From the NCBI GenBank assembly GCA_003223645.1, contig QHVT01000023.1, positions 32,960-96,959 on the forward strand: a stretch of DNA of 64,000 bases, written 5' to 3'. Below are positions 1 to 14,841 of the stretch, in pieces. Numbering within the stretch: position 1 is the first letter of the stretch; every line of letters starts with the position of its first letter. The notes beneath the pieces were generated by a model. That model worked only from the letters and a program-made list of their open reading frames with translations. It was not told the origin of the DNA and ran no database searches. This DNA comes from Acidobacteriota bacterium (lineage in GTDB: Bacteria > Acidobacteriota > Thermoanaerobaculia > Gp7-AA8). The translations under genes and the position numbers were made by a program.

Positions 1-1752
<1,752 letters not shown>

Positions 1753-1852
1753 GCCGGCACGGCCGGCAGCGCTGATTGCCCAAGGCTCAGCCACGGGTCA
1801 GGCGCGAAGAAAGATTAGCGAGAAGACAGAAATCAGGGAGGTTTGATCTCAC

Positions 1853-3043
<1,191 letters not shown>

Positions 3044-3051
3044 CAGGTCAA

Positions 3052-3108
3052 GTGGAGGACAGGCAATCCTGCCTGTCCTCCGGACAGACAAGAGTGTCTG
3101 TCCTCCAC
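3052..3108. repeat. REP-like palindromic doublet (GTGGAGGACAGGCAATCCTGCCTGTCC family)
   Basis: Terminal inverted repeat GTGGAGGAC/GTCCTCCAC with two internal hairpins; second copy at 56272-56333. Confidence 0.85.
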
Positions 3109-3129
3109 GTTCTTTGAGGACAACGAATC

Positions 3130-3447
3130 ATGATGAACGAAAAGATCCGCATCCGACTCAAGGCTTACGACTACCGCGTGCTCGACCAGTCGACGAGTGA
3201 GATCGTCGACACCGCCAAGCGCACGGGAGCGAAGGTGGCGGGACCAATCCCTCTGCCGACGCAGATTTCGAAGTACACGGTCCTGCGCAGCCCGCACGTC
3301 GACAAGAAGTCGCGCGAGCAATTCGAGATGCGGACGCACAAGCGACTGCTCGACATTCTCGAGCCGACGACGCAGACCGTCGACGCGCTCATGAAGCTCG
3401 AGCTCCCGGCGGGTGTGGACGTCGAGATCAAGGCGTTCGGGAAATAA
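3130..3447 (+). CDS. rpsJ: 30S ribosomal protein S10
   Basis: [31 protein letters not shown]. Confidence 0.99.
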   Translation: MMNEKIRIRLKAYDYRVLDQSTSEIVDTAKRTGAKVAGPIPLPTQISKYTVLRSPHVDKKSREQFEMRTHKRLLDILEPTTQTVDALMKLELPAGVDVEIKAFGK

Positions 3448-3497
3448 CGCTCTCACATGAACCCCGCAAGGGGTTCCAAGGTGGAAAGACTAAGACA

Positions 3498-4136
3498 ATG
3501 GCAATCGAAGGAATCATTGGCAAGAAGGTCGGGATGACCCAGGTGTTCGCCGAAGACGGCGCGCTGATCCCTGTCACGGTCATCCAGGCCGGGCCGTGCC
3601 TGGTCGTACAGAAGAAGACCTCCGAGAAGGACGGCTATGACGCCGTGCAGATCGGGCTGGTCGAGAAAATCTCGAACCGCCGCGTGACCAGCGCGCGTCG
3701 CGGACACTTCGAGAAAGCGGGCGTGCAGCCGTTGCGCACGCTGGCCGAAGTCCCGTACAGCGGCGATGTGAACATCGGCGATCGCGTGCAGGTCGACCTC
3801 TTCAAGGCCGGCGACGCCATCGACGTCGTGGGTCAGTCGAAGGGCAAGGGCTTTCAGGGCGTCGTTCGCCGTCACGGCTTCGGCGGCGGCCGCGAGTCGC
3901 ACGGCTCGATGTTCCACCGCGCCCCCGGCTCCATCGGCGCGTCGGCGTTTCCGTCGCGCGTCATGAAGGGCATGCGCATGGGCGGCCGGATGGGTGGCGA
4001 TCAGGTGACGGTCAAGAACCTTCGCGTGGCGAAGGTCGATGCCGAGAACAACCTGCTCTACATCCGCGGAGCGGTCCCCGGTGGTCGGAACGGTCTCGTG
4101 TTCGTGCAGTTTTCGAAGAACGGGAAGCGGGGATAA
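3498..4136 (+). CDS. rplC: 50S ribosomal protein L3
   Basis: [26 protein letters not shown]. Confidence 0.99.
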   Translation: MAIEGIIGKKVGMTQVFAEDGALIPVTVIQAGPCLVVQKKTSEKDGYDAVQIGLVEKISNRRVTSARRGHFEKAGVQPLRTLAEVPYSGDVNIGDRVQVDLFKAGDAIDVVGQSKGKGFQGVVRRHGFGGGRESHGSMFHRAPGSIGASAFPSRVMKGMRMGGRMGGDQVTVKNLRVAKVDAENNLLYIRGAVPGGRNGLVFVQFSKNGKRG

Positions 4137-4138
4137 CC

Positions 4139-4771
4139 ATGCCGACCATTGACATCAAGAACTGGGACAACAAGACCGTCGGCTCGATCGACCTCCCCGA
4201 GGAGATCTACGGGTATCCGTACAAAGAGCACCTCGTGCACGAGGCGGTGCGCAACTACCTCGCCGGACTTCGCCAGGGAACGCACAAGACCAAGACCCGC
4301 TCCGAAGTGAGCGGCTCGGGCAAGAAGCCGTTCCGGCAGAAGGGCACCGGCCGCGCGCGCCAGGGCGGCAACCGCCCGCCGATCCATCGTCACGGCGGTA
4401 CGGTCTTCGGTCCGGTCCCGCGCGACTATTCCTACAAGATGAACACGAAGGAGAAGAAGGCCGCGCTCAAGTCGGCGCTCTCCCAGCGTGTAAAAGAAGG
4501 AAAGTTTTTCGTCGTCAACGACATGTCGGTCGACGAGGCGAAGACGAAGTCCTTCGCACAGAGAGTGGCGAACATCGGCGTCGACGGGAAGGCGCTTCTC
4601 ATCGACACGATCGAGAACACGAACGCTCTTCTCGCCTCGCGCAACAACCCGAAGCTGCAGTTCGTCGACGCGCTGCACGTCAACGTCTATGACGTGGTGA
4701 ACAGCCGCTACGTCATCCTCAGCCAGCAGGCGCTCGATCGTCTGACGGAGACCCTCAGCAATGAACGCTAA
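4139..4771 (+). CDS. rplD: 50S ribosomal protein L4
   Basis: [26 protein letters not shown]. Confidence 0.99.
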   Translation: MPTIDIKNWDNKTVGSIDLPEEIYGYPYKEHLVHEAVRNYLAGLRQGTHKTKTRSEVSGSGKKPFRQKGTGRARQGGNRPPIHRHGGTVFGPVPRDYSYKMNTKEKKAALKSALSQRVKEGKFFVVNDMSVDEAKTKSFAQRVANIGVDGKALLIDTIENTNALLASRNNPKLQFVDALHVNVYDVVNSRYVILSQQALDRLTETLSNER

Positions 4772-5054
4772 TCAGATCATTCGCCGGCCGCTGGTCACCG
4801 AGAAGTCGACGCTGCTCCGCGAGTCGGGCGCGAACGTGATCGCGTTCGAAGTCGCGCCGAACGCCAACAAGATCCAGGTCAAGCACGCGGTCGAAGAGCT
4901 GTTCAAAGTCAAGGTGGAAGAAGTCCGCGTGTTCAACGTGCGCGGAAAAATGAAGCGCATGGGCAAATGGGAAGGCAAGCGCCGCGACTGGCGCAAGGCC
5001 TACGTGCGCCTCAAAAAAGGCGAGAAGGCGCCCGACTTCGTCGAAGGCGTGTAA
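4761..5054 (+). CDS. rplW: 50S ribosomal protein L23
   Basis: [22 protein letters not shown]. Confidence 0.98.
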   Translation: MNANQIIRRPLVTEKSTLLRESGANVIAFEVAPNANKIQVKHAVEELFKVKVEEVRVFNVRGKMKRMGKWEGKRRDWRKAYVRLKKGEKAPDFVEGV

Positions 5055-5057
5055 ATC

Positions 5058-5882
5058 ATGGCTACCAGCAAATACAAACCAACGTCTCCCGGAATCCGGT
5101 TCTCGACGCACGCTTCGTATAAAGACATCACGAAGACGCGTCCCGAGAAGTCGCTCACCAAGGGCAAGCCGAAGACGGGCGGCCGCAACAACAAAGGTCG
5201 CGTGACCTCCCGCTTCATCGGCGGAGGCCACAAGCAGAAGTATCGCGACATCGACTTCAAGCGCGACAAGCGCGGGATTCCCGCGAAGGTTGCCGCGATT
5301 GAGTACGATCCGAACCGCACCGCGCACATCGCGCTGCTCCACTATGTGGACGGCGAGAAGCGCTACATCCTCGCGCCGAACGGTCTCACGGTCGGCACGA
5401 CGATCGTGGCGGGCGAGGAGGCGGACATCCTGGTCGGCAACGCTCTTCCGCTCTCGAAGATCCCCCTCGGCACGGTGATTCACAACATCGAGCTGAAGGA
5501 AGGGAAGGGCGGACAGATGGTTCGTTCGGCCGGCGCCGGCGCGCAGCTCATGGCGCGCGAAGGTGACTGGGCGACGCTCCGTCTTCCCTCGGGCGAGATG
5601 CGCAAGGTGCACGTGCGCTGCTACGCGACGATCGGACAGGTCGGCAATCTCGAGCACGAGAACGTGTCGTACGGCAAAGCCGGACGCACGCGCCACCTCG
5701 GCAAGCGTCCGCATAACCGCGGCGTCTCGATGAATCCGGTCGATCACCCGCTCGGCGGCGGCGAAGGCAAGACCTCGGGCGGCCGTCATCCGGTGAGCCC
5801 GTGGGGCCAGCCGACCAAGGGCTACAAGACGCGTCGCAACAAACAGACGAACAAGTTCATCGTCAAGCGGAGAACCAAGTAA
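5058..5882 (+). CDS. rplB: 50S ribosomal protein L2
   Basis: [20 protein letters not shown]. Confidence 0.99.
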   Translation: MATSKYKPTSPGIRFSTHASYKDITKTRPEKSLTKGKPKTGGRNNKGRVTSRFIGGGHKQKYRDIDFKRDKRGIPAKVAAIEYDPNRTAHIALLHYVDGEKRYILAPNGLTVGTTIVAGEEADILVGNALPLSKIPLGTVIHNIELKEGKGGQMVRSAGAGAQLMAREGDWATLRLPSGEMRKVHVRCYATIGQVGNLEHENVSYGKAGRTRHLGKRPHNRGVSMNPVDHPLGGGEGKTSGGRHPVSPWGQPTKGYKTRRNKQTNKFIVKRRTK

Positions 5883-6197
5883 ATGCGCTCACAGAAAAAA
5901 GGTCCGTTTGTGGACGACCACCTCATGAAGAAGGTGGACGCGATGAACCGCGAGCGCGACAAGAAGGTCATCAAGACCTGGTCGCGCCGCTCCACGGTCG
6001 TTCCGGAGATGGTCGGCCACACGATCGCGGTCCACAACGGCCGCAAGTTCACGCCGGTGTACATCTCCGAGAACATGGTCGGCCACAAGCTCGGCGAGTT
6101 CGCGCTGACCCGCATGTTCAAGGGACACAGCGGCAAGAAGGTCGAGAAGACGGCGAAGCCGGCGGGCGCACCCGCTCCGGCTCCGGCCTCGAAGTAA
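5883..6197 (+). CDS. rpsS: 30S ribosomal protein S19 (Ala/Pro C-terminal tail)
   Basis: [22 protein letters not shown]. Confidence 0.99.
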   Translation: MRSQKKGPFVDDHLMKKVDAMNRERDKKVIKTWSRRSTVVPEMVGHTIAVHNGRKFTPVYISENMVGHKLGEFALTRMFKGHSGKKVEKTAKPAGAPAPAPASK

Positions 6198-6200
6198 CCC

Positions 6201-6297
6201 GAATTGAGAATTGAGGATTGAGGAAATGGGATTGAGATGATTCGCGGATCGGGATGAGGACGAAATTCCTCAATCCGCAATCCACAATCCTCAATCC
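6201..6297. repeat. Fold-back microsatellite, 7-mer GATTGAG / CTCAATC
   Basis: Imperfect tandem heptamers followed by their reverse complement between rpsS and rplV. Confidence 0.85.
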
Positions 6298-6314
6298 CGC
6301 CGAAAGGCGGCTAT

Positions 6315-6704
6315 ATGGAAGCAACAGCCACTCTGAAGTACTTGAAAGCCTCGCCGCAGAAAGTGCGACTCGTCGCCGATCTCGTGCGCGGCAAGAAGGT
6401 CGAAGAAGCGCTCGCCATTCTCCGCTTCACGCGCAAGGCGTCGGCGAAGGATCTCGAAAAGCTCCTCCGCTCGGCGATTGCCAACGCGGAGAACAAAGAG
6501 GACGCGCCCGACGTCGACGAGCTGGTCGTCTCGAAGATCTACGTCAACGAAGGTCCGCGTGAGAAGCGCATCCAGCCGGCGCCGATGGGACGCGCTTACC
6601 AGATTCAGAAGCGCAAGGCGCACGTCACCGTGCATGTGTCGGACGAAGTCAAGGCGGTCAACGAGCGGAGCGGCGGCAAGGGCCGCGCGCGCGCCCGTAA
6701 ATAA
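6315..6704 (+). CDS. rplV: 50S ribosomal protein L22
   Basis: SPQKVRLVADLVRG, SAIANA; operon position. Confidence 0.98.
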   Translation: MEATATLKYLKASPQKVRLVADLVRGKKVEEALAILRFTRKASAKDLEKLLRSAIANAENKEDAPDVDELVVSKIYVNEGPREKRIQPAPMGRAYQIQKRKAHVTVHVSDEVKAVNERSGGKGRARARK

Positions 6705-6716
6705 CGGAGGCTAATC

Positions 6717-7373
<657 letters not shown>

Positions 7374-7397
7374 AAGCGTTTCAGGAGAAACCGCATC

Positions 7398-7822
<425 letters not shown>

Positions 7823-7823
<1 letters not shown>

Positions 7824-8029
7824 TGGCCAGCAAGAAGACCCTCAAAGGCCTGCGCGACAAGAGCGAGCTCGAGCTGAGCAACCGTGCGCGCGATCTGCGC
7901 GAGCAGCTGTTCAAGCTGCGCTTTCAGCGCGCCACCGGTCAGATGGAAAACCCGATGAAGATGCGTCAGGTCCGCCGCGAGATCGCGCAGATCGAGACGC
8001 TGCTGCAGGAGCGCGCGAAGTCCGCGTAA
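7823..8029 (+). CDS. rpmC: 50S ribosomal protein L29
   Basis: [19 protein letters not shown]; position. Confidence 0.97.
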
Positions 8030-8039
8030 GAAGGCAACG

Positions 8040-8306
8040 ATGGAACAGAAGGCACAGAAAGAAAACAAGCGCGAGAAGGTCGGCGTCGTCGTCTCGAACA
8101 AGATGCAGAAGACCGTCGTCGTCGCCGTCGAGAATCTCGTCCGCCACGAGATGTATCAGAAGTACATCAAGCGGACGAACAAGTTCCTCGCCCACAACGA
8201 GAACCCGGACGTGAACATCGGCGACCGCGTGATCATCGAAGAGACGCGCCCGCTCTCGAAGCGGAAGCGCTGGAACGTGAAGGAAGTCGTCGCCAAGGCG
8301 AGCTAG
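8040..8306 (+). CDS. rpsQ: 30S ribosomal protein S17
   Basis: [22 protein letters not shown]. Confidence 0.98.
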   Translation: MEQKAQKENKREKVGVVVSNKMQKTVVVAVENLVRHEMYQKYIKRTNKFLAHNENPDVNIGDRVIIEETRPLSKRKRWNVKEVVAKAS

Positions 8307-8313
8307 GGCTATT

Positions 8314-8377
8314 CGGTTGCGCGGTTGCGCAGTTTCGCGGTGCCGAGCAACCGCGTGACCGCGTGACAGCGTAACCG
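8314..8377. repeat. Fold-back microsatellite, 8-mer GGTTGCGC / GCAACCGC
   Basis: Imperfect tandem octamers then reverse complement; related units at 29208, 31416, 39585, 51971. Confidence 0.8.
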
Positions 8378-8392
8378 GCACGGAGAACAGTC

Positions 8393-8764
8393 ATGATTCA
8401 GATGGGAACGATTCTGCAGGTTGCAGACAACACGGGCGCCAAGAAAATCGCCTGCATCCGTCTGCGCGGCGGCTCCACCGCCGGGCAGTACGCGCGCGTG
8501 GGCGACGTCATCACCGCGTCGGTGAAGGAAGCGTCGCCGGACGGCACGGTCAAGAAGGGTGCGGTCGTGAGGGCGGTCATCGTCCGCACGGTCAAGGAGA
8601 CGCGCCGTCGCGACGGGTCGTACGTCAAGTTCGACGACAACGCGGCCGTTCTCATCAACGACCAGCGCGAGCCCGTCGGCACGCGCGTGTTCGGCCCGGT
8701 CGCCCGCGAGCTTCGTGAGCGCAAGTTCATGAAGATCATCTCGCTCGCGCCAGAAGTCATCTAA
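8393..8764 (+). CDS. rplN: 50S ribosomal protein L14
   Basis: [27 protein letters not shown]. Confidence 0.99.
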   Translation: MIQMGTILQVADNTGAKKIACIRLRGGSTAGQYARVGDVITASVKEASPDGTVKKGAVVRAVIVRTVKETRRRDGSYVKFDDNAAVLINDQREPVGTRVFGPVARELRERKFMKIISLAPEVI

Positions 8765-8776
8765 AGGAATCCAGTC

Positions 8777-9139
8777 ATGTACGGACGTACGTCGAAAGAA
8801 AAACAGGATCCGATTCACAAGCCGCACGTGCGGAAAGGCGACACGGTCGTCGTTCGTTCCGGCAAAGATGCGGGCAAGAAGGGCCGCGTGCTGCGCGTCC
8901 TCGCGACCAAAGGCACGGCCATCGTGGAGCGCGTGAATTTCACGAAGAAACACACGCGCGCCAATCCACAGAAGAACATCAAGGGCGGCATCCTGGAGCG
9001 CGAATCGCCGATTCATGTGGCGAAGCTCCAGGTCGTCTGCCCGAGTTGCAACGAGCCCGCTCGTCTCGGCTCGCACCGCAGTGAAGAAGGCGAAGCGGTC
9101 CGCTACTGCCGCAAGTGCAAAGCGGATTTAACCAAATGA
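8777..9139 (+). CDS. rplX: 50S ribosomal protein L24 with CxxC..CxxC C-terminus
   Basis: KOW motif KGDTVVVRSGKDAGK; CPSC/CRKC. Confidence 0.98.
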   Translation: MYGRTSKEKQDPIHKPHVRKGDTVVVRSGKDAGKKGRVLRVLATKGTAIVERVNFTKKHTRANPQKNIKGGILERESPIHVAKLQVVCPSCNEPARLGSHRSEEGEAVRYCRKCKADLTK

Positions 9140-9150
9140 AATGAACCGAA

Positions 9151-9251
9151 TGTCATCCCGAGCGGTAGCGAGGGACCTGGGTGGACGAGGCGCGATGGAT
9201 GTGCCTTGCAGCCCCTCCCAGCCAGGTCCCTCGCTACCGCTCGGGATGACA
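9151..9251. repeat. Palindromic element, TGTCATCCCGAGCG family
   Basis: ~30-bp terminal inverted repeat TGTCATCCCGAGCGGTAGCGAGGGACCTGG; relatives at 41751, 45293, 63322. Confidence 0.9.
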
Positions 9252-9287
9252 GAGTAAAGCTCGTACTAAGCCGAGCAAGGAAACCAA

Positions 9288-9830
9288 ATGGCAGCGAGAC
9301 TCAAAGAGCGCTACAGCAAGGAAGTCCGGAAGAAACTGCAGGACGAGTTCAAGATCAAGAGCCCGATGGCGGTTCCGAAGATCGAGAAGGTCGTCCTGAA
9401 CATGGGCATGGGCGAAGCGATTTCGAACGCGAAGATCCTCGACACGGCTGTCGACGAGCTTTCGACGATCACCGGCCAGAAGCCGGTCGTCACGAAGGCC
9501 AAGAAGTCGATCGCCAGCTTCAAGCTGCGCGAGGGACAGTCGATCGGCGCGATGGTCACGCTTCGCGGCGAGAAGATGTACGAGTTCCTCGACCGCCTGA
9601 TCAACATCGCTCTGCCGCGCGTCCGCGACTTTCGCGGAGTGCCGTCGAAGTCGTTCGACGGCCGCGGCAACTACACCCTTGGCATTCGCGACCACCTGAT
9701 CTTTCCCGAGATCGATGCGGGCAAGGTCGACAAGTCGAAGGGCATGAACATCACCATCGTCACTTCGGCGAAGAACGACGAGCAGGCGCGCTTCCTTCTG
9801 CGCGAGCTCGGCATGCCGTTCGGCAAGTAA
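9288..9830 (+). CDS. rplE: 50S ribosomal protein L5
   Basis: [24 protein letters not shown]. Confidence 0.99.
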   Translation: MAARLKERYSKEVRKKLQDEFKIKSPMAVPKIEKVVLNMGMGEAISNAKILDTAVDELSTITGQKPVVTKAKKSIASFKLREGQSIGAMVTLRGEKMYEFLDRLINIALPRVRDFRGVPSKSFDGRGNYTLGIRDHLIFPEIDAGKVDKSKGMNITIVTSAKNDEQARFLLRELGMPFGK

Positions 9831-9841
9831 GAGGACATCAC

Positions 9842-10027
9842 ATGGCAAAGATCTCAAGCATCGTCAAGGCTGAGCGGAAGCCGAAGTTTTCGGTTCGCAA
9901 GCGCAACCGCTGCAAGCAGTGCGGACGTCCGCGCGGATTTCTGCGGAAGTTCCAGCTCTGCCGCATCTGCTTCCGTCAGCTCTCGCTCGGCGGTTACATC
10001 CCGGGCGTGACGAAGTCGAGCTGGTAG
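9842..10027 (+). CDS. rpsN: 30S ribosomal protein S14, zinc-binding type Z (61 aa)
   Basis: ATG 9842 after GAGG; [24 protein letters not shown]. Confidence 0.98.
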   Translation: MAKISSIVKAERKPKFSVRKRNRCKQCGRPRGFLRKFQLCRICFRQLSLGGYIPGVTKSSW

Positions 10028-10058
10028 CTCTCACGACCGATTAACAGGAGTCACACGA

Positions 10059-10463
10059 ATGTCAATGACAGATCCAATCGCGGATATGCTCACCCGGATC
10101 CGCAACGGAATTACGTCGCGGCACGATCGCGTCGAGATGCCGGTGTCGAAGCTGAAAGTCGAGATCGCGCGCATCCTCAAGTCCGAGGGATTCATCAGCA
10201 ACTACAAAGTCGTCGAAGAAGACGGCAAGCCGCAGGGATCGCTGCGCGTGTACCTCAAGTACTCGGGCAACGGCGAGCCGGTCATCCACGGCATCGAGCG
10301 CGTGTCGCGTCCCGGCAAGCGCGTCTACCGTGGCAAGGAAGACATTCCCCGCGTCCTCGGCGGACTCGGACTGGCGATCGTCTCCACGTCGAAAGGCGTG
10401 CTCTCGGGAAGCGAGGCGGCGCGCACCGGCGTGGGCGGCGAAGTCCTCTGCCAGGTTTGGTAA
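10059..10463 (+). CDS. rpsH: 30S ribosomal protein S8
   Basis: [30 protein letters not shown]. Confidence 0.99.
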   Translation: MSMTDPIADMLTRIRNGITSRHDRVEMPVSKLKVEIARILKSEGFISNYKVVEEDGKPQGSLRVYLKYSGNGEPVIHGIERVSRPGKRVYRGKEDIPRVLGGLGLAIVSTSKGVLSGSEAARTGVGGEVLCQVW

Positions 10464-10473
10464 GGAGAGATCC

Positions 10474-11016
10474 ATGTCTCGCATCGGTAAGAAAGAAATC
10501 ACGCTGCCGAAAGGCGTCGAAGTGAAGAAGGACGGCAATGCCGTCGTCGTGAAAGGACCGAAGGGAAGCCTCACGACTCCGATCGTCACCGGCATCTCGG
10601 TCAACGTCGAGAACAACGTCGTGAAGTTCGAGCGGAAAGACGACGAGGGGAAGACCCGCGCGTTCCACGGCTTGATGCGCGCGCTCGTCGCGAACAATGT
10701 CCGCGGCGTGAGCGAAGGCTTCAAGCGCGAGCTCGACATCGTCGGCGTCGGCTATCGCGCCGAAGTAAAAGGACGCGAAGTCGTGTTCCAGCTAGGCTAC
10801 TCGCATCCCGTCCGCTTCCCGATCCCACAGGGGATCGACATCGCGGTTGACGCGAAGACCGGCCACATCACGATCACCGGCATCGACAAACAGCAGGTTG
10901 GACAGACCGCGGCCGAAATTCGCGGGCTGCGCGAGCCGGATCCCTACAAGGGCAAGGGCATCAAGTACAGCGATGAAGTGATTCGGCGGAAGGCCGGGAA
11001 GGCAGCAGGAAAGTAA
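10474..11016 (+). CDS. rplF: 50S ribosomal protein L6
   Basis: MSRIGKK after AAGGAG; GVGYRA, LGYSHP, PYKGKGI. Confidence 0.99.
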   Translation: MSRIGKKEITLPKGVEVKKDGNAVVVKGPKGSLTTPIVTGISVNVENNVVKFERKDDEGKTRAFHGLMRALVANNVRGVSEGFKRELDIVGVGYRAEVKGREVVFQLGYSHPVRFPIPQGIDIAVDAKTGHITITGIDKQQVGQTAAEIRGLREPDPYKGKGIKYSDEVIRRKAGKAAGK

Positions 11017-11108
11017 TAGGACGAATAGGACAGATAAGACGAATAGGACAGATAGGACCTGCGTCCTATTACGTCCTGGAGGTCCTACAAAGTCCTATCG
11101 AGTCCTAT
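11016..11108. repeat. Fold-back microsatellite, ~9-mer ATAGGAC(GA/AG) / GTCCTA
   Basis: Five ~9-nt units then five complementary GTCCTA-type units; starts at rplF stop codon. Confidence 0.85.
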
Positions 11109-11157
11109 GGACACTAGTGCGCCGGGCATTCAACCTCGGCACAGAGGAACTTGAACA

Positions 11158-11517
11158 ATGGATCGCGCAAAACAAAGAGTAGAAGCACGCGGCCGGATTC
11201 GGGAACGGATCCGTCGCAAGGTTACGGGCACGAGCGAGCGTCCGCGTCTCGCGGTGTTTCGCAGCCTGAAGAGCATTTACGCGCAGCTCATCGACGACTC
11301 GACCGGTAAGACGATCGTGTCGGCGTCGAGCCTCGAGAAGGACGCCGGCGCAAAGGGATCGAATGCGGCGGCGGCGAAAGCCGTCGGCGTGCTGATCGCG
11401 AAGAAGGCGAAGGACAAGGGTGTGACGCGCGTGGTGTTCGACCGCGGCGGCTACCTCTATCACGGCAACATCAAGGCGCTCGCGGATGCGGCGCGTGAGA
11501 ACGGATTGGAATTCTAG
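11158..11517 (+). CDS. rplR: 50S ribosomal protein L18
   Basis: [21 protein letters not shown]. Confidence 0.99.
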   Translation: MDRAKQRVEARGRIRERIRRKVTGTSERPRLAVFRSLKSIYAQLIDDSTGKTIVSASSLEKDAGAKGSNAAAAKAVGVLIAKKAKDKGVTRVVFDRGGYLYHGNIKALADAARENGLEF

Positions 11518-11525
11518 GAGAGCGC

Positions 11526-12080
11526 ATGCAGCGTCCACAGCATCGGCCCGGGCAGGGTGGTCCTCGCGGCGACCGTCGCCAGGAAGAGAAAAACGAAAGC
11601 GGGATGATCGATAAGGTCGTCCACATCAACCGCGTGACGAAGGTCGTCAAGGGCGGCAAGAACTTCAGCTTCAGCGCGCTGGTCGTCGTCGGCGACGGCA
11701 AGGGCAAGGTCGGATTCGGTTCCGGCAAGGCCAAGGAAGTTCCGGCTGCCATCAAGAAGGGGATCGAGATCGCGAAGAAGAACATGATCTCCATCGCCAT
11801 GAGCGGAACGACCATTCCCCACGCGATCGTCGGTCACTACGGCGCGGGCAAAGTTCTGCTCAAGCCGGCATCGGAAGGTACCGGCGTCATCGCCGGCGGT
11901 CCGGTGCGCGCGATCCTCGAGTCGGCCGGCATCCAGAACATCCTCACCAAGTCGCTCGGCACGGCCAACCCGCACAACGTCGTGAAGGCGACGTTCGAGG
12001 CGCTCAAGCTGCTCCGTACCGAAGATCAGTACAAGCGTCTTCGCGGCACCGGCGAGGCCGCCGAAGGAGACGCGGCATGA
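11526..12080 (+). CDS. rpsE: 30S ribosomal protein S5
   Basis: [18 protein letters not shown]. Confidence 0.99.
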   Translation: MQRPQHRPGQGGPRGDRRQEEKNESGMIDKVVHINRVTKVVKGGKNFSFSALVVVGDGKGKVGFGSGKAKEVPAAIKKGIEIAKKNMISIAMSGTTIPHAIVGHYGAGKVLLKPASEGTGVIAGGPVRAILESAGIQNILTKSLGTANPHNVVKATFEALKLLRTEDQYKRLRGTGEAAEGDAA

Positions 12081-12286
12081 GCGCGGCGAAGGCGAATAAC
12101 GCAGACGCGGCGAAGACGATTCGCGTGCGCCAGATCCGCAGCGGCATCGCCTGCCCGGTCGAGATGCGCGAGACCCTTCGCGCGCTGGGCCTCGGCAAGA
12201 TGCACAAGATCTCGGAGCGCGCCGACACGAAAGAAGTGCGGGGGATGATCAAGAAGATCTCGCACCTCGTCGAAGTGGTCGACTAG
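12077..12286 (+). CDS. rpmD: 50S ribosomal protein L30
   Basis: [17 protein letters not shown]; position. Confidence 0.96.
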   Translation: MSAAKANNADAAKTIRVRQIRSGIACPVEMRETLRALGLGKMHKISERADTKEVRGMIKKISHLVEVVD

Positions 12287-12296
12287 GAGTCACATC

Positions 12297-12740
12297 ATGG
12301 AACTCAACAGTCTCAAACCCAAGAAAGGCTCGCGCCACGCGAAGAAGCGCGTCGGCCGCGGTCCCGGCTCGGGGCACGGCAAGACCGCCGCGCGCGGTGA
12401 GAAGGGGCAGAAGTCGCGCTCCGGCTTCAGCCGCCAGCCGGGCTTCGAAGGCGGACAGATGCCTCTGCACCGCCGCCTGCCGAAGCGCGGCTTCACCAAC
12501 ATCTTCAAGAAAGACTACGCGGTCGTGAACGTCTCCGATCTGGAGCGCTTCGACAACGGCGCGACGGTCGGCGAGGCCGAGCTCCGCAAAGCCGGTCTCG
12601 TGAAGGGACAGCACGACGGAATCAAAGTCCTTGGCGACGGCGAGCTTTCCAAGAAGCTCTCCGTCTCCGCGACGAAGTTCTCGGCCACGGCGAAGAAGCA
12701 GATCGAAGCCGCCGGCGGCTCTTGCCAGGAGATTTCGTAA
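12297..12740 (+). CDS. rplO: 50S ribosomal protein L15
   Basis: [25 protein letters not shown]. Confidence 0.99.
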   Translation: MELNSLKPKKGSRHAKKRVGRGPGSGHGKTAARGEKGQKSRSGFSRQPGFEGGQMPLHRRLPKRGFTNIFKKDYAVVNVSDLERFDNGATVGEAELRKAGLVKGQHDGIKVLGDGELSKKLSVSATKFSATAKKQIEAAGGSCQEIS

Positions 12741-14153
12741 GTGCCTAACGTCGTCGACACAGTCCGCAACATCTGGGCGATCGAGGATCTCCGCAAACGC
12801 GTGCTCTTCACGTTCGCGCTGCTTGCGGTGTACCGCCTCGGATCGCACATTCCGACGCCGGGCGTCGATCCCGTCGCTCTCGCGGAGTTCTTCAAGGCGA
12901 TGAGCGGCGGCGTGTTCGGCTTCCTCGACCTCTTCTCCGGCGGCGCGCTGCGCCGCCTCTCGGTCTTCGCCCTCGGCATCATGCCGTACATCTCGGCGTC
13001 GATCATCCTGCAGCTCCTCACCGTCGTCTGGCCGTTCCTCGAGAAACTCTCGAAGGAAGGCGAGATGGGACGCCGCAAGATCAACCAGTACACGCGCTAC
13101 GGAACGATCGCGCTCTCGATCGTGCAGTCGTTGGGTGTCGCATTCTGGCTCAAGGCGCAGACCTCACCGGGCGGCGCGCCGCTCGTTCCGCCGCACGTGC
13201 AGGACTCGCTGTGGGGACTCGGCTTCCCGATCATGACCGTGCTCACGCTCACGACCGGAACGTCGTTCATCATGTGGCTCGGCGAGCAGATCTCCGAGCG
13301 CGGCATCGGCAATGGAATCTCGCTCATCATCTTCGCCGGCATCGTCGTCGGACTTCCGTCGGCGTCGCTGACGACGATCGGCGACATCCGCACCGGCCAG
13401 CGCTCGCTGTTCGCGATGATCTTCCTCGTCGCGTTCATGGTCCTCGTCGTCGCGTTCGTCGTGTTCATGGAACGCGCGCAGCGCCGCATCCCGGTGCAGT
13501 ACGCGAAGCGCGTCGTCGGCCGCAAGGTCTACGGCGGCGCGAACACGTACCTCCCGCTGCGCGTCAACACCGCGGGCGTCATCCCCGTCATCTTCGCGTC
13601 GTCGATTCTCGTGATCCCGCAGACGATCGCGCAGATGGTGAAGGCACCGTGGGCGACCGCGATTGGACAGCAGCTGCGCGTCGGCGAGCCGCTGTATTAC
13701 ATGCTGCAGGTCGCCGGCATCATCTTCTTCGGATACTTCTACACGTCGATCGTCTTCAATCCGGTCGACACCGCGGACAACATGCGCAAGTACGGCGGCT
13801 TCATCCCCGGCATCCGCCCGGGCAAGAGAACGTCGGACTACATCGACCGCGTGCTGACGCGCATCACGTTCGTCGGCTCGGTCTACCTCGCCGCGGTCTG
13901 TCTCCTGCCGGAGTTCCTGATCTCGGGCGTCCACGTCGCCCAGCTGCCGTTCGGCGTCGGCGCGGCGCTGGACCGCATGCTTCCGCTGTGGTTCACGGAA
14001 GGCATGGGACTGAACTTCTACTTCGGCGGCACGTCGCTCCTGATCGTCGTCGGCGTTGCGATGGACACGATGCAGCAGATCGAATCGCAGCTCGTGATGC
14101 GGCACTACGACGGATTCATGAAGAAGGGCCGCGTCCGCGGACGCCGAGGCTAG
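12741..14153 (+). CDS. secY: Preprotein translocase subunit SecY (GTG start)
   Basis: ALGIMPYISASII, GIGNGIS, FIPGIRPG, GGTSLLIVV. Confidence 0.99.
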   Translation: MPNVVDTVRNIWAIEDLRKRVLFTFALLAVYRLGSHIPTPGVDPVALAEFFKAMSGGVFGFLDLFSGGALRRLSVFALGIMPYISASIILQLLTVVWPFLEKLSKEGEMGRRKINQYTRYGTIALSIVQSLGVAFWLKAQTSPGGAPLVPPHVQDSLWGLGFPIMTVLTLTTGTSFIMWLGEQISERGIGNGISLIIFAGIVVGLPSASLTTIGDIRTGQRSLFAMIFLVAFMVLVVAFVVFMERAQRRIPVQYAKRVVGRKVYGGANTYLPLRVNTAGVIPVIFASSILVIPQTIAQMVKAPWATAIGQQLRVGEPLYYMLQVAGIIFFGYFYTSIVFNPVDTADNMRKYGGFIPGIRPGKRTSDYIDRVLTRITFVGSVYLAAVCLLPEFLISGVHVAQLPFGVGAALDRMLPLWFTEGMGLNFYFGGTSLLIVVGVAMDTMQQIESQLVMRHYDGFMKKGRVRGRRG

Positions 14154-14187
14154 AGCGCGTAGCGCTCATTAAGGAATAGAAGCCAGC

Positions 14188-14838
14188 TTGAAGATCATCT
14201 TCATCGGACCGCCGGGAAGCGGCAAGGGAACGCAGGCGAAGCGGCTCGCGAGCCGGCTCGCCGTGCCGCACATTTCGACCGGCGACATGCTTCGCGAAGC
14301 GGTCGCGGCCGGCACTCCGGTCGGACAGAAAGCCGCGTCGATCATGGCGTCCGGTGCGCTCGTTCCCGATGACGTGATGATCGAGATCATCAACGACCGT
14401 CTGGCGCAGCCGGACGCGCAGAAGGGCTTCATTCTCGACGGCTTCCCGCGCACGCTCGTGCAGGCGGAAAAGCTCGACGGATTGGTCGGGAATGGGAAAA
14501 GCGAGCTTCGGGTTCTCCAACTGCTCGTGCCCGACGACGCAATCGTGCGACGCATCACCCTGCGCCGCACGTGTCCGCAGTGCGGGGCGATCTACCATCT
14601 TGAGAATAGTCGCCCGGCGTCCGACAGCGTGTGTGACCGCGACGGCGTCGAAGTCATTGCACGTCCTGACGACAACGAAGAGGCCGTGCGCAAGCGCCTG
14701 GACGTGTTCCACCGGGACACGGTTCCAGTCGCTTCGTATTACAAGGCGAAGAGCATTTTGCGTGAGGTCGATGGGATCGGTCCCGTCGATGAGGTCTTTG
14801 AACGAATTGAGAAGTCCCTGGCCCACGGATCGAGCTGA
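14188..14838 (+). CDS. adk: Adenylate kinase (TTG start)
   Basis: GPPGSGKGT, ILDGFPRT, Cys-containing LID. Confidence 0.98.
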   Translation: MKIIFIGPPGSGKGTQAKRLASRLAVPHISTGDMLREAVAAGTPVGQKAASIMASGALVPDDVMIEIINDRLAQPDAQKGFILDGFPRTLVQAEKLDGLVGNGKSELRVLQLLVPDDAIVRRITLRRTCPQCGAIYHLENSRPASDSVCDRDGVEVIARPDDNEEAVRKRLDVFHRDTVPVASYYKAKSILREVDGIGPVDEVFERIEKSLAHGSS

Positions 14839-14841
14839 TCG

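Noticed and set aside
3459-3476. Terminator after rpsJ (and hairpin 6297-6310 before rplV)
   Set aside because: GNRA-capped hairpins without a U-tract inside a co-transcribed operon; more likely stabilising structures.
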